NCBI RefSeq assembly: GCF_006345805.1
Contig: NC_043006.1
Coordinates: forward strand, 60,512,001 to 60,576,000
DNA: 64,000 nt
Reading direction: 5' to 3'
DNA from: Octopus sinensis
Lineage: Eukaryota
The notes below the pieces were generated by a model, which was given only the letters and a program-made list of their open reading frames with translations, ran no database searches and was not told the DNA's origin. Positions within the stretch are counted from its first letter, which is position 1, and each line of letters begins with the position of its first letter. This document shows positions 11,466 to 24,377 of this stretch, one piece after another. The translations under genes and the position numbers were made by a program.

Positions 11466-14440
11466 TATATATTTTTACTCTGACAGGGTTGAGTGAACGT
11501 ATGTAGTGAGAGTCCAAGACAGTCAAATGTAATCTGTCAAGTGGTAGACTAGACAAGTGTTGCTAGTGCAGTGGCCGAATAGTTATAATATGGAGGTATG
11601 TACGCCGGCAGACAATTTTGAGATCTTATCGGTTTGGCTGCCGGCGTTTCAAAATTTAAAGTTTACCGAAAATTTTAAAATTGGGCACAATAATACACTT
11701 TCTCAAACTGCATTGTTGGAGTTATTTCATTTTTTTCCAGAAATATGTTTTAAAAACTTATAGAGGTTTAAATTTTGATCATGTTCACTCAGTCAGGAAA
11801 CAACACTTGGAAGCTGTCATTTTATGCGTGACTGCACATTCTATCGTCAACATCCTGAAAATAGCACATTTTGTTAATATTTGTAAACAACATGTGTTAT
11901 GTCTCCGGTAACCTTTTTCATGTAAATAAATGTTCATGTTAATTTAAAAGATTTATCTAAAAAATCATATTTAGCTGTTATTTTTAGCACACAAATCAAC
12001 CACCTCAATGTTCAATGACAAAAAGAAATGAGTAAGCAAACATTTAAGAATTCAATATGCATTTAATGCAAATGCGATAAACAACACGTTACATGCGATA
12101 AACACATTACAATTTTTAAAAGAAAAATTTTGAAGAAGTAGACGAAAGTTCTCTGGTAATTTTCTTTCATGTAAATAAATGTTTATGGTTTATGTAAATT
12201 TAAAGATTTGCCAGCAAAATCTTATAAAATGACAATGTTCCAAAATATGCATACATTTATATGTTATATATGAAAATAAGAGTGAACAAAATATGCAATA
12301 TGCTTAAAAACAAACATTTAAGCATTAAAAAACAAACATTTAATTTTCGGTTTTAGTTTTAAAAATATCCTCCTCTGTTTTCAATGTTTCCATAATAGAA
12401 GTGAAATTACTGGAGCTTGCTGCCAGAATTACATAGAATACAAAATACAGTGTCAAATTTGTGAACACGTGCTTCCTCGCAGATAAAAAACTTTTCAAAC
12501 ATTGCTCGGATTCGCTTGTTACTATGACAACAGGCACGTTGAGAGACAAAGAATTCTCATGTTCCGCTTCTTATTATCGAAACAGGCATGAATGTGTCTG
12601 TGGTTTACGATTGGCTAAAATTACCAAACTTTTCAAACTTTAACTGCTAATAACTCTGTATTTATTGATTTATAGCAAAAATTACTTTCTCGTCATTAAC
12701 TAGCCTATAAAAGTGTATCATTACACTGAATAGGAAATCGATTCGAACAGAACTGATGCTGGTAGCTAAACCGATAAGATCCCAATTTTGTTCCCCACCA
12801 AATTCATGCTTTAATGTCATACGAAAGAAAGTCACTAAGAAAGTGAGAACAGTAAAATAGGAATTTAGAAAAGGAATGCAATAAAATAAAGTAAATACAA
12901 TAACATCAATACATATTAGATAAAAAAAAATATTTATCATACAGATTTGCTTTCGAAAGTTTCGGCTGATCATATCGTAGTAGACTAATGAATAGATCAT
13001 ACGATAAAAAAGTAGAGAATAAGATAAATAAATGAATAAATAACCAAACAAATAAATACAATGAAAAACAGAGAGCAATCACAAAATATACAAGGTTTAA
13101 AGAGCGATATGAGAAGCCTGGTTTGTTAAAGACAATGTATTTATTTTAGTAGAGGTACATAGCAGACGGCGTAAAATATTGGAATTTCATGCGCGACTGG
13201 TTTAGGACAGATATATTACTCTAAGTCAATATATAATGGCACCAACACGCATACACATAAACGTTATATGATTATTCTCAGACAGATTCATATACATACA
13301 TTCACATACACACTCTGTCTCACACACACATGTTTGAATTCAAAGTAATTATATCAAATAGCAATTTTATAAATAGTAGTTCATTTTGTTTAAGGGACCA
13401 AATCAGTCTGTATCATTATTCGATCACATACCCACTTACATATACAGATGCATACATGTAAATATACTTATATCGATGATATTCGAACACATATATCGAT
13501 TCATACTCTATCAAACTATCCCTCTTTAGTTCTCAAGAATTATGATATACTATACTATAGTTACGATTACATATGTAAAGGGAAATGATATATGAGATTC
13601 TAAACTAATATGGTGCCTGATAAAGCAAAGGCGCGGATTAATGTTTCGCAAGTATGGTAAAGATAAGATATGGCATACGTAAAGTGAAACGCAGTTCTAA
13701 AATGGAAATTAAATGTTATATTTTTTTAGCTATAGAAATGAACAAGCGATACGCTGCGTGAACAAAAGATATGAAGCGTTGCTAATCAAATCGGTTTGTA
13801 GTCGCAACAACAGCAAAACTAACTTATGATGTTCAAAATCTCAGGCATTCTCAAGAGAAACCTATGGAATCACAAAGAAGATAAAGACACCCGAAAAGAT
13901 TAGAGACAGCTGTTAATGAAAAGAAAGAGTCAGAGCAGAAGTATTACACAGAGTAGCAAAAAAGTGGACAATAAAACCAAAGAATAAAATGGAAATATAA
14001 GAAAAGATGAACGAAGAATAATAGTATGATTTGTTAATGAATCAAGAGAAAAGAGATCACAGAATTGCGATTATAAAACAATGAAATATTTTAGTCTTAC
14101 AAAATAAACGTCAGAAACAAAGAGTGAGAAGAGATGGTATAAGACAAAGAGCTTTTACAGATTAAAAGATTAAACTGGATAACAAAGGTATAGACTATGA
14201 GTTTATACAATAATAACAATAACTAAGAATGTATAATAAAACAGAAGTAACGGAATAATATTGAGAAATTATATTTATAAGACATGAAGGAAGCACCAAA
14301 CTACAGGATATGATGCACAAATAATTTAATATTTTCTATGGCAATATTGTGACTCGGTCCTGTGGAGAATTTAACCCACTATATTACATACGTAGACTTG
14401 ACACGTTGATGATTTAGCTTGTACATATTAGTAAATTCAT

Positions 14441-14544
<104 letters not shown>

Positions 14545-14546
14545 TA

Positions 14547-15200
14547 AGGGTAGAAATTGATACTAATCAATTAAAACCAGTGGCTTAGTATATTTTAAAA
14601 AATCCGAAGATTAAAAATTGCTTTACATACAAAATTTAGAGGACTGACCACTAAAAATGGACAACCTATATGCTAAACATAGACGTCAAATCGCCATTAC
14701 AACAAAGAATGTGATCTCAAGAAAAATCTCATCAAAAAAACCAAAATGTAAAAATAAGCAAGACAAATGAAAATATACGAAATAAAAAACGATTACCTAT
14801 GTACCCTTGGTTTCACTGGTTAATATTTACGTATATGGACACGCGAACATCTGCAAGATCATCAGCATAGTCTGTCGTTTACAAAACACAATTTCCAGAA
14901 CTAGATACAGAACGCTCAACCGAAATCCAGTATGTATAAAGTTCTACAATTTATATTTATGTCTATCTTTCAGATGTCTTCACTTTGGAGCGCTGAGATC
15001 GGAAAACTACTCTGCAGTTAATAAACTACAGCAGTCAATTTACCGGCTAGAGAACATTTTTTATTTAAAATTGAATGAGGGTAGAAATTGATATTAATCA
15101 ATTAAAACCAGTGTCTTAGCATATTTCTAAAAAATCCGAAGATTAAAAATAGTTTTACATACAAAATTTAGAGGACTGACCACAAAAAGTGTACAGCCTA
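14547..15200 (-). mobile_element. 531-bp monomer with ~122-bp terminal direct repeat (pLTR/retrozyme-like)
   Basis: 14547-14668 is repeated at 15078-15200. Internal HHR-like motif. Confidence 0.7.
14797..14870 (-). ncRNA. Type I hammerhead ribozyme motif, decayed stem II
   Basis: CTATG-CTGATGA-(44 nt)-GAAA-CCAAGGGT-A-CATAG: 5-bp stem I, canonical core, GUA triplet. Confidence 0.55.
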
Positions 15201-16719
15201 CTCATTAAGGTGGTGTTCTAGCATGGCTGCAATCAAATGAGTAAAAGAAGAAGTAAAATAATATATATATATAGAAAGTTAAATGGCATTTGTCGACATC
15301 TGAGACTGGACAAGTAAAAGTTTGTGCCACGCGAGCGCAGAAAAACAAGAATTTAAACAACTAACCTTTTTATGCAAGCAACGATAGGAAAAGTATATTC
15401 TATGATATATCGCAACTTTTAGTGTGAGTATTATGTTTTAGTTTATCCGATTCTGTCTCATTTTAGTTAGAAAGCACTTCATTAGTAGTCAAATGATCAA
15501 CCAAATATCCAAAAAATTAACTTTGAATTTACAGTTGTATATACATTTCACCTCTTCATTAATTAAGACTAACGAGAGTTAATTAGTTCCCTTCTACATA
15601 CTTAATTATTCATCTCAGCGCAATTCTTTTAATAGCAGTACACACTTTCTAAATGCCATCGGAAACTTGATTATATATATATATAGTTTCTACAAAGGAG
15701 AAAGAAGATAAAATGCACAGAGTATACTTTTAAATTTAAATATCCTTGCGCTCTTGAAATGTAGACGGCGCAGATTTAAATATAAGTATATTTGCACTCT
15801 CGAAATGTATTTGGAATTTTGAAGATAAACGTATCTCTGATGCAATATCAAAATTTTTAATATGAATCTATCTCTTATATCAATGTTTATACATGATTTC
15901 ATTCCGCGTTCGAAAATTCCAATATCATAATGCACGTTTTCCGAAATTGAAATCTAAAATATAATTTATTTCTTCATGCCCAGACCAAAAGAAAAATATT
16001 TCTACCGTTCTTCAAGATATCTACCAGATAATACGATAGATGCTCTATTTGTATTTTTGCTTTTTAAATAACACTCAAGTTTGTCCCAGGTTTGACTTTA
16101 ACAGCATTTTTAGTGCCACACACTCACACTGTTTTCTCCTTTTCTTTGCATAGTTTATTTTTGTCGTTGATCTCATGCTGTAACCTTTTCCATTTGCCTC
16201 TGTATACACTATTCACACATGTATTGAATATGAACTTCACACTGCAAACGTTTATATCATTCAACCACGGTAGTGGTTGAATATATTCTCAAGTCCATCA
16301 TTTCGTCAATCGCAACAGATTCCAAGCGTCATCACGAATTCAGTTCTCAACTAAATTACAAACTGTTAATAAATTTAAAAAGGATACCTCCACAGCAACA
16401 CTTCGGCATAAATAGTTTGCGATTTGGTTCAGTAGAAAAAAAGTTACTCAAAATATCTGCGACCTCGAGGTGGGGCAGTAAGGCAGATGTTCATCTTCAA
16501 TTAACATAAATTATTTAATTTCAAGTTAAAAGTAGACCTTTCTTAGGCTTAAATGATAGGAACATGCATGAGTAATGCAGAATCGCTAGTCGCATTGAAC
16601 AAAGATTAGTAGGAAAAGAGTTATGAGGTAAAATGTTACGAAATTTCATGTCAGTAAGTAAGGGAGTAACTCTTAGCAATAAGAATAAAGAATATATTTC
16701 TAAAATAAAGGCTTAATTT

Positions 16720-16815
16720 CTAAGGCAGAAACATTCACGCGCCGGACAAAATGCTTAATGGTATTTCGTCTGTCTTTATGTTTTTGTGTTCAAATTACGC
16801 CGAGTTCGACTCTGA
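16720..16815 (+). mobile_element. SINE family A 5' fragment
   Basis: GGCAGAAACATT..CCGGACAAAATGCTTAATGGTATTTCGTC..GTTCAAATTACGCCGAG resembles the head at 6615. Confidence 0.65.
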
Positions 16816-17765
16816 CGTACAGATTATTTAATTAATTATTTTTTAATAAAACACTTTCAAACTTCCGGTACTAGTAGAATATGTCACATAGAACAGGTTT
16901 TATTCTTAAAGTTTTTGATAAAATTTTGTATTTTAGAAGTTATCTCGTCAGAAGATGCAGAGTGACAATGGAAAAATTCGTGCTTGATAAGTGCCAATAC
17001 ACTCAGCTTTTGATTTACTCTCTAACTTCTGCCGATGATATATATACATATTACATATATGTGTAAAAAATCTCATCACACAATCGAAAGCGCCTCTACC
17101 TGGTCGCTCGACACGCTAAAAATAGCAGCCAAAGTATTCCCCTACCTAAATCACGCCCATTGTATGCAATGTCCTAGAGTATCCCTAAAAAGGCTGGAAT
17201 GTCTTTGATGATACGTTTGCAATATCTGGGTTTATTTGAAGCTAAATAACAAAAACATTATGGTAAATTTCTATATTAACACTCGCAAGATTTTCACTAA
17301 GAAAAAGATTGATTTTTAGCGTGGAATCATGTACCCTCGCCTCCTAATATGCTGAAGATCCCTTGTTTTGGTTTGAGAAAAATGAGGTGGGTTCCCCCAA
17401 TCCCAGAATCATTAGAATTTTCTGTCGTTGAATGAATTGCTGTGACCTTCTAATATTGAAAAATTAGGTTACTTAAGGTGAGCCTGGTAACTGATGGTTT
17501 TGGGGTCGTGTTGTTTGTAACTTTTGGTGAGCCATACTGCAACCAACAACATGGTAAAAAATCTTGCCATTAATTTGGTGTGGATGGGTAACGTCAAATG
17601 ATTCAATCACAACATATATTTGGATTAAACACGAAAAAGTTGAAATATTATCATCACTTAGATGGAAATTGAAATATCTTTCAGTTTTTTATAAGCTAAA
17701 GTCATAAATTATTAATTGACACATTATTAATTATCTTATAACAGCAATGCCTGGAAAAATCATGG

Positions 17766-18285
17766 ATTACATGGAAAAAGGCGAGCATGAAAAGATATAT
17801 CCTTAAGATTATAAACCTGGATAAGTACAGGACAAGTTATTAAACCTGTAAACATATAGGACAAGGCATTACTTCTAGTAAAGTAAAGAATAAGAAACTT
17901 TTTACTTAAAATATTGCAGCTTAAACTAAAATTTGAATATTAAAACTTATTTTATTATAGTTTACAAATAACACTATACATATTTAAGTAAAATTTGGCT
18001 AATTTACTATCTCATATGCAGAAAAAGTGACTAATTAGACAAACCTACAAATTAGTTGAACAGTTTGGTACAATAGATTTAAAAGATGAGAACTGTAAAG
18101 ATTGATAAATTAGAAGAACTGGCATTCTTTGCCGCAATATTTTAAGTAAAAAGTTTCTTATTCTTTACTTTACTGGAACTAGTAGCTTGTCCTATACTTT
18201 TACAGGTGTAATAACTTGTCCTGCACTTTTCCAGGTATATAATCTTAAGTATATGACTTTTCATGCTCGCATTTTTCCATGTAAT
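17766..18285. repeat. Foldback/MITE-like element, 155-bp inverted arms (17766-17920 / 18131-18285)
   Basis: ATTACATGGAAAAAGGCGAGCATGAAAAG.. versus ..CTTTTCATGCTCGCATTTTTCCATGTAAT. Confidence 0.8.
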
Positions 18286-18686
18286 ATAATACTCCTTATA
18301 TGAGATTTTCGTTTGATTTTTAATGCTTCATGTGCACCAGTCCCAACCTCCTATACTTCATTCTGTCTCATTTACTTTGAAAATACACGCTTATTATATC
18401 TAACATAAGTGTATAAACACATTTTTCTATTCGACATGCAGAGTGATATAAATATTACCAAAAAACTAATCATTCACTTCACAAAACATCATTATTACAT
18501 TTGGCCGATATCGAGGAAGAACAAATTTACTATTTCTTATATATCGTATGTTATATGTCGATGTAAATATACATACGTGTATCAGTATGTAGCTTATATT
18601 CCTTGTATATCATCATGTACGTTTCTGCATATTTCCATGTATGAATGTTTACATATGTATGGGTATGAATGCTTTGTGTAGCTATG

Positions 18687-18861
<175 letters not shown>

Positions 18862-18869
<8 letters not shown>

Positions 18870-21800
18870 AACGTGTAGAAGTTTTCTTGGGAACGTCTCG
18901 TCCTTTACTCTTAGTGGGGGATTGGAATGCTACCTTGGACACGCATGTAGACTACGTGGGTAGAGATAGGAATAGACGGGGATGCAAATGCCTCAGAGAC
19001 CTGCTCAGACGCTTTCAACTGTCTGACAGGTTTCGACTAGACCACCCGAATGCGCCAACGTGGACATGGAGCAACCGCATCGGGTCGTCGAGATCGTATC
19101 TAGATAGGATACTGTGTAGGACAGTAGATAGAGATAGCATAGGATGTCCACAATTCCACATAGTCAGCTACACGGATCACAAACTTGTGACATGTACGCT
19201 AGACTTAGGTAAGACACTTAGGCAGGGTCCCGGATACTGGAAACTAAACGCGTCTTTCCCATCGAGACAAGTTTTCAGAGACCGGATTAGCACACTAGTA
19301 AAGAGGGCTTTGACGGGAGCCATCATCAACAACAAATGGTGGTTTGCCCTCAAGAGAGCAGTAAAAGCAGAAGCGATTAGGTACAGCAAAGCACTAGCCA
19401 TAGATAGAAATAGAGTAGAGGGTGAGCTAGTTAAGAAGCTAGAAGAGGCAATTAGAAGCGGCATCGCATCCGACGTTTTGGCGGCGAGGTTGGCCCTCGA
19501 CCAACACTTCAACGCCAAACACGAAGGATGTGCTGTCAGAGCTAGGATGCGTGCTCTAAGGAACGAAGGTGTTGGAGCCGCGAGAGAGGCCCGGGTGGCA
19601 GAGGCGCAACAGGGCAACAAAGCCACCATTCGGTCACTGGTAGATGAACAGGGGCGCGAATTGCTCGAGCCAAGTAAAATGTGTGAGGCCTTTCAGCAGC
19701 ATTTTGCCCGACTGTTCGGAACGAGTGGAGGGCAAGAACGTAGGGTGGACGTCAGTGCCTACCTACATAGCCTACCACGACTCTCGACAAGAAAGGCAGG
19801 GTGCTGCGAAGGTGCCATCACGGCGGCGGAAGTGCGGGAAGCGATGGCAGAATGCTCGAGGGACAAATCACCGGGTTTGGATGGTCTACCCTACGAGCTT
19901 TACAATTGTATGCCAGACTTGTTTGGAGATCTCTTGGCGGCGGTGTACTGCAACTGGCAGCAAAACGGGAGCATTCCTGGTTTTGTGAGCCGAGGAGCCG
20001 TAACACTGCTGAAGAAAGATCTAAACAAGGGAAATGTAATAGATAACTTTAGGCCCATCACTCTGCTTAATGCAGACTTGAAAATTTTGGCCAAGGTGCT
20101 AGCCAAGAGGTTGGCGCTTGTCATCGAGAAACTGGTCGACAAGGCGCAAACATGCGCCGTGCCAGGCCGGACCATCCATGACAACCTCCATCTGATGCGC
20201 TACATCATAGACAGGGTAGTTAACGAACCTGGCATGGGTGGGGCCCTGATCAACTTGGATCAATCAAAAGCCTTTGATAGGGTAGACCATCGATACTTGG
20301 AGGCAGTCCTGAGAGCGGCTGGTTTCGGTCCCGTCTTCCGCGGCTGGATAGCTGCCTTGTACAGAGGCATCCGTTCGGTAATTCGCGTAAATGGACATCT
20401 ATCGAGACCTTTCGACATTGCACGTTCGGTCCGTCAGGGATGCCCCCTCTCGGCGCTTCTATACGTATTGACTCTTGAGCCACTACTGCGGAAGCTGGCG
20501 ACTCTAAGGGGCATCCCGCGAGAATTGGGATGCGGGACGAGCGTGTCTGCATACGCGGACGACGTCACCGTCATAGTGTCTAGCCACGAGCACATCGAGC
20601 TGGTCGGCGAGACACTGAAAAACTACGAAGCGGTGACAGGAGCGAAAATCAACCGGGAAAAGTCAGTGGGCTTGCGACTAGGCACCTGGAGAAGCAAGCC
20701 CATGCCGTCCACCAGCGCCTCCGTCGTGGGACGCTGGACCGACGGCCCGGTTGAGTTGCTCGGGGTCTGGTTTGGTCCGGACCTCCAAGTGGAGAAGAAC
20801 TGGAACGAGATAACGAGTAGGGTGGTCACTCTCGCCCGGCAATGGGCCGAGAGGAAACTGTCCCTAAAAGGTCGAGCGGAGGTGGCGAACACGTACATCG
20901 CGTCCGTCATCTACTACCGCCTGACCGTCGTACCTTGTCCCGACCCTACCATCACCAAACTACAACGCATCCTCTTTCGCTTCTTGTGGAAAGGATGCGT
21001 CCCGATGGTCAGGCGATCCATTTGCTGTCAACACCCGTTAAAAGGAGGGCTGGGCATGCCGTGGTTGATGATGCGCAGACACGCGCTGAGACTGCGACAT
21101 CTCTGGCTCTATGTAGACGACGGTGAACAGGTGTGGTCGCCGTTTGTGAGGCACGCTTTCCCGCAGCTCGTCTCCATGACCGAACTGCAGTCGTGGATCA
21201 AAAAGAGGCCGAAGAAGGGCGAATGGCACCGCGAGTGTCGCGTTGCTCTCAAGCAACTCTGCCGTCCTGGGTCGACCTTAAGTGACTTCAACACAACCAA
21301 AGCATTCTATAGGGGTTTAGTGGAGGGGAGGTACGACGACGAGCTCGGGGCGAACCTGGACGTCGACGAGGAGTACCTGACCCGCCTGTTCGGGACGACT
21401 TTCGGGCCAGGGCCCATGGACAACTTCCAGAGATCCCTGGCCTGGCAGTGCTACCGAGAAGCGCTACCCGTTCGGGATAAGCTCTACAGACACGGCTCGA
21501 GAGACACGGGGCCGACCTGCCCGAGATGCGGTCAGAGCGACGAAACCGTTCTGCACGCACTCGTTCAGTGTCCAACAATTTCCGACCTGTGGGCTTATGT
21601 CGAACAACTGCTGTCACGTGTGGGACGAGTCGGTTTATCAGCTGAGTCTATCGTCAATATTGTCACGCCTCCTTCCTTCAAACGGGAAGGAAGAGCTATT
21701 TTCATCATCCTTGTGGCTATGGCGAAAGAATGTATCTGGTGGACGCGTCTGAAAGGATTGGAGACAAACACTTTCCTCTCTGGTCAATCTCTCATCAACT

Positions 21801-22239
21801 TCTTCAAGTACCACTTGAAAAGGAAAGTGAGAGTAGAGAGGCAAGTTTTGTCTAGCGAATGTTTTAAAAAAAGATGGGTGAATGTAGCAAGAATGGCACG
21901 TATGAATGACGAAGCCACCTTGAGCATAGTCCTATGAACCCAGAAATCGAAAACAGAGAGTTGCTTATTTGCAAAAAAAAAAAAAAAAAAAAAAGAAATA
22001 TAAAATGTGACTTCATTGACCGAGGTTACCGTGGTCTTTTCCGCAGGCTTTTCTTTCCACGGGTAAACCTCACCTGTCCTCCCCTTTACACTTCATATTG
22101 ACATTTCTGTGATAACGATCCCTATTGATTATTTTTTCTCCCCCCCCCCTTTTTTTTTAATTTTTTTTTTTTTAACCCCCCTTATTTTTGTCCTCTTTCT
22201 CTCCTTTTACGATCCCTTTTGATCGAACCTCCCCCTTCC

Positions 22240-22277
<38 letters not shown>

Positions 22278-22349
22278 CCTTCAAAAGAAAAGCTCTACCT
22301 TGTAATTTGTTCTATCTGTGTGCAGCCCTGTGTGGCTAATAAAGAAACA
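18862..22349 (+). mobile_element. Young 5'-truncated Tx1/L1-clade non-LTR retrotransposon
   Basis: GC/CpG-rich relative to the flanks, intact long ORF, ~410-bp 3' UTR ending AATAAAGAAACA followed by (TATC)5. Confidence 0.9.
18863..21937 (+). CDS. ORF2 polyprotein: C-terminal half of AP endonuclease, reverse transcriptase, C-terminal zinc finger (no native start)
   Basis: VGDWNA, SYLDRIL, TDHKLV (EN); [52 protein letters not shown] (RT); CPRC..HALVQC. The upstream 74 codons of the track ORF are flank and microsatellite read-through. Confidence 0.9.
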
Positions 22350-22399
22350 TATCTATCTATCTATCTATCTATTCCTTTATTATATTGTGTCGACAGATA

Positions 22400-22830
22400 C
22401 ATTCGTGTCCTCGTGTCAAAATTTAAAACCACTATATGCTCTTTCACAGATCACGACGTCTTACCAGATGTTCCACTAACTAGTCAATGCCTCGATGGAA
22501 GAAATCTCCCGGTCTTGACTCGCAGAATTCATTGACCCACGTTTTCGGCTTCACGTCGTTGTCGAATGATACTCTTCTCAGACGGTTGGAAAATGAGCGA
22601 AAATGCACAAATCTGAAGTTACTATACAGGAGAATACGATGGATATGGTAGAACCTTCCCACCGAGTTCTGGAATAGCATGTGTGCTCAAAATAGTGAGC
22701 TGGAGTGCTTTTGTGTTGAAGAAATATGCGATGTCACTAGTCATATTGTTGCAATTGGATTGCCTTGTTAAACGTAAATCATTGACCATGTGGTGGTTTT
22801 CAAACATTTAGAAGTATATTAGCTTCTCCC
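22400..22830 (-). pseudogene. Mariner transposase C-terminal remnant
   Basis: LGGKVLPYPSYSPV resembles LGWEVLPHPPYSPDL, and RPGDFFHRGID resembles the mariner C-terminus. Confidence 0.7.
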
Positions 22831-23414
22831 AGTCCCACCTATCGCAGGACATCTTCTTGTGTAGTTGCTGTTCTAACTTGTCTTGAGTTGTTGCTTGCTT
22901 GTCAAGTACCAGCTATTCTTTCCTTTACTTCAAATTGACGTAGAGAAAATACTTTCCATCGCCGGTGACGATGCAGTAATAAAATCACGAATAGATTGGT
23001 GCCAAGCGAGCAAAATGGTGAGAGACAAGCACTGGAGTTTGTCGCTTTCGTTCAGAGCGTGTGGCACTTATACACCGTGCCCATCGAGTGTAAGTGGAAG
23101 TCGATGTTATCCATGACAGCATTCAATCTGCTGGGAGATTCCCTAGTGGATTGGCACAGATCCTAGTAGATGAGCTCATTCAACGGAGATAATGGAGAGG
23201 GTCTGTGAAGTAGAATTCTGTACAATTCTTTCAGTAAAAGCACCTTTCCCATAGCTCGGACAGCTTTGGAAACTTGATTGAAGGCGAAGAAAAGCATACG
23301 TCAACATGTTTTTCTTCTTGGACTCCACCATATACCTTTTTTCGGCTTCTATCAAGTTTCCAAAGCAGCCAAAGATATCTGCAACCGTTTGAGAGAATTA
23401 GGACTACATAGAGC

Positions 23415-24377
23415 AATCGCTAGGAAAAAACCAATAATATCCGTAAGAAATTGACTCAAACAACTTAATTCCACAGAAAGACATGCTCAATGGACTGCCG
23501 AAGATTGGTGCAGGGTCTTTTGGAGTGATGAGTCACGCTTCTGTATATTTGGATCAGATGGTAAAACATTCGTCAGGCGTCGCCCAACCGAGGAATTCCA
23601 TCCGAAATGCGTGAACAAGATGGCGCAAGCGGGGGCTGGGCGGGTGGTGGTGTGGGCGGCATTTAGTAGCTTTGGTGTTGGCCCTCTAGTTAAAGTTGAT
23701 GGAAAGATAAATAGTGTAAGTTATATGAATCTACTAAAGGATAATGCTGTGTCATATTTGACTCACCAAATACCTCCGGGGGCTATTTATCAGCAGGACA
23801 ATACTCCTGTGCACAAAGCCAAAAAGGTTATGGAATTTTTTGATCACCATAAGATTGACGTAATCGAATGGCATCCCCAAAGCCCGGCCTCAAATCCGAT
23901 CGAGAACTTGTGGAATTATTTTTCCAAAAAAGTCCATGCTAAAAAACATTTAATCTAAAACAATTATTCGATTATATCAATGAAATATGGCAAAACATTC
24001 CCATAAAATTTTGTAATCACTCAGCGAATTCAATGCCGAGGCGTTGTTCAGCCGTTATTAAGAATAAATGCTACGGCACAAAGTACTAATATGTATTTCG
24101 TTTTTGTTGCCCATTTTTGCTACAATCTTAAGCTTTAACTAAAATTATAATGATATGGTCTTAAACTAATTTTGCCGGTAAATTTGAAACGTTTATATTA
24201 ATTTAGCATTAGAATTCTTCAAGTTGTATAAAAATAGTTATTATTTGCATCACTCGAAAGAGAAATAAATTCTGCATAAGGTGTAAAAAATAGAAATAAT
24301 TTGTATGGTGTTAGTAACAAAATACTTTATAAGAAATAGAACTTTTATCATCGGTCTTAAATTTATTTTCACCAGTG
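23415..24377 (+). mobile_element. Tc1-like transposon, 5'-truncated, with right TIR
   Basis: ARKKP..WTAEDWCRVFWSDESRF..VVVWAAFS..QQDNTPVH..WHPQSPASNPIENLW. Ends ..TTCACCAGTG|TA at 24377, with an inner repeat GGTCTTAAA at ~24157 (IR/DR-like). Confidence 0.85.

Noticed and set aside
13560-14300. Possible ancient RTE-type LINE C-terminus
   Set aside because: Only a vague resemblance, with no clean motif.
16900-16955. CTGACGA-GATAA..TTATC-AAAA (minus), decayed HHR candidate
   Set aside because: G12 is absent and stem III is implausible. Could be a dead copy but is not supportable.
19177-21844. Multiple overlapping and antisense ORFs within the LINE
   Set aside because: Expected by-products of GC-rich coding sequence, with no motifs.
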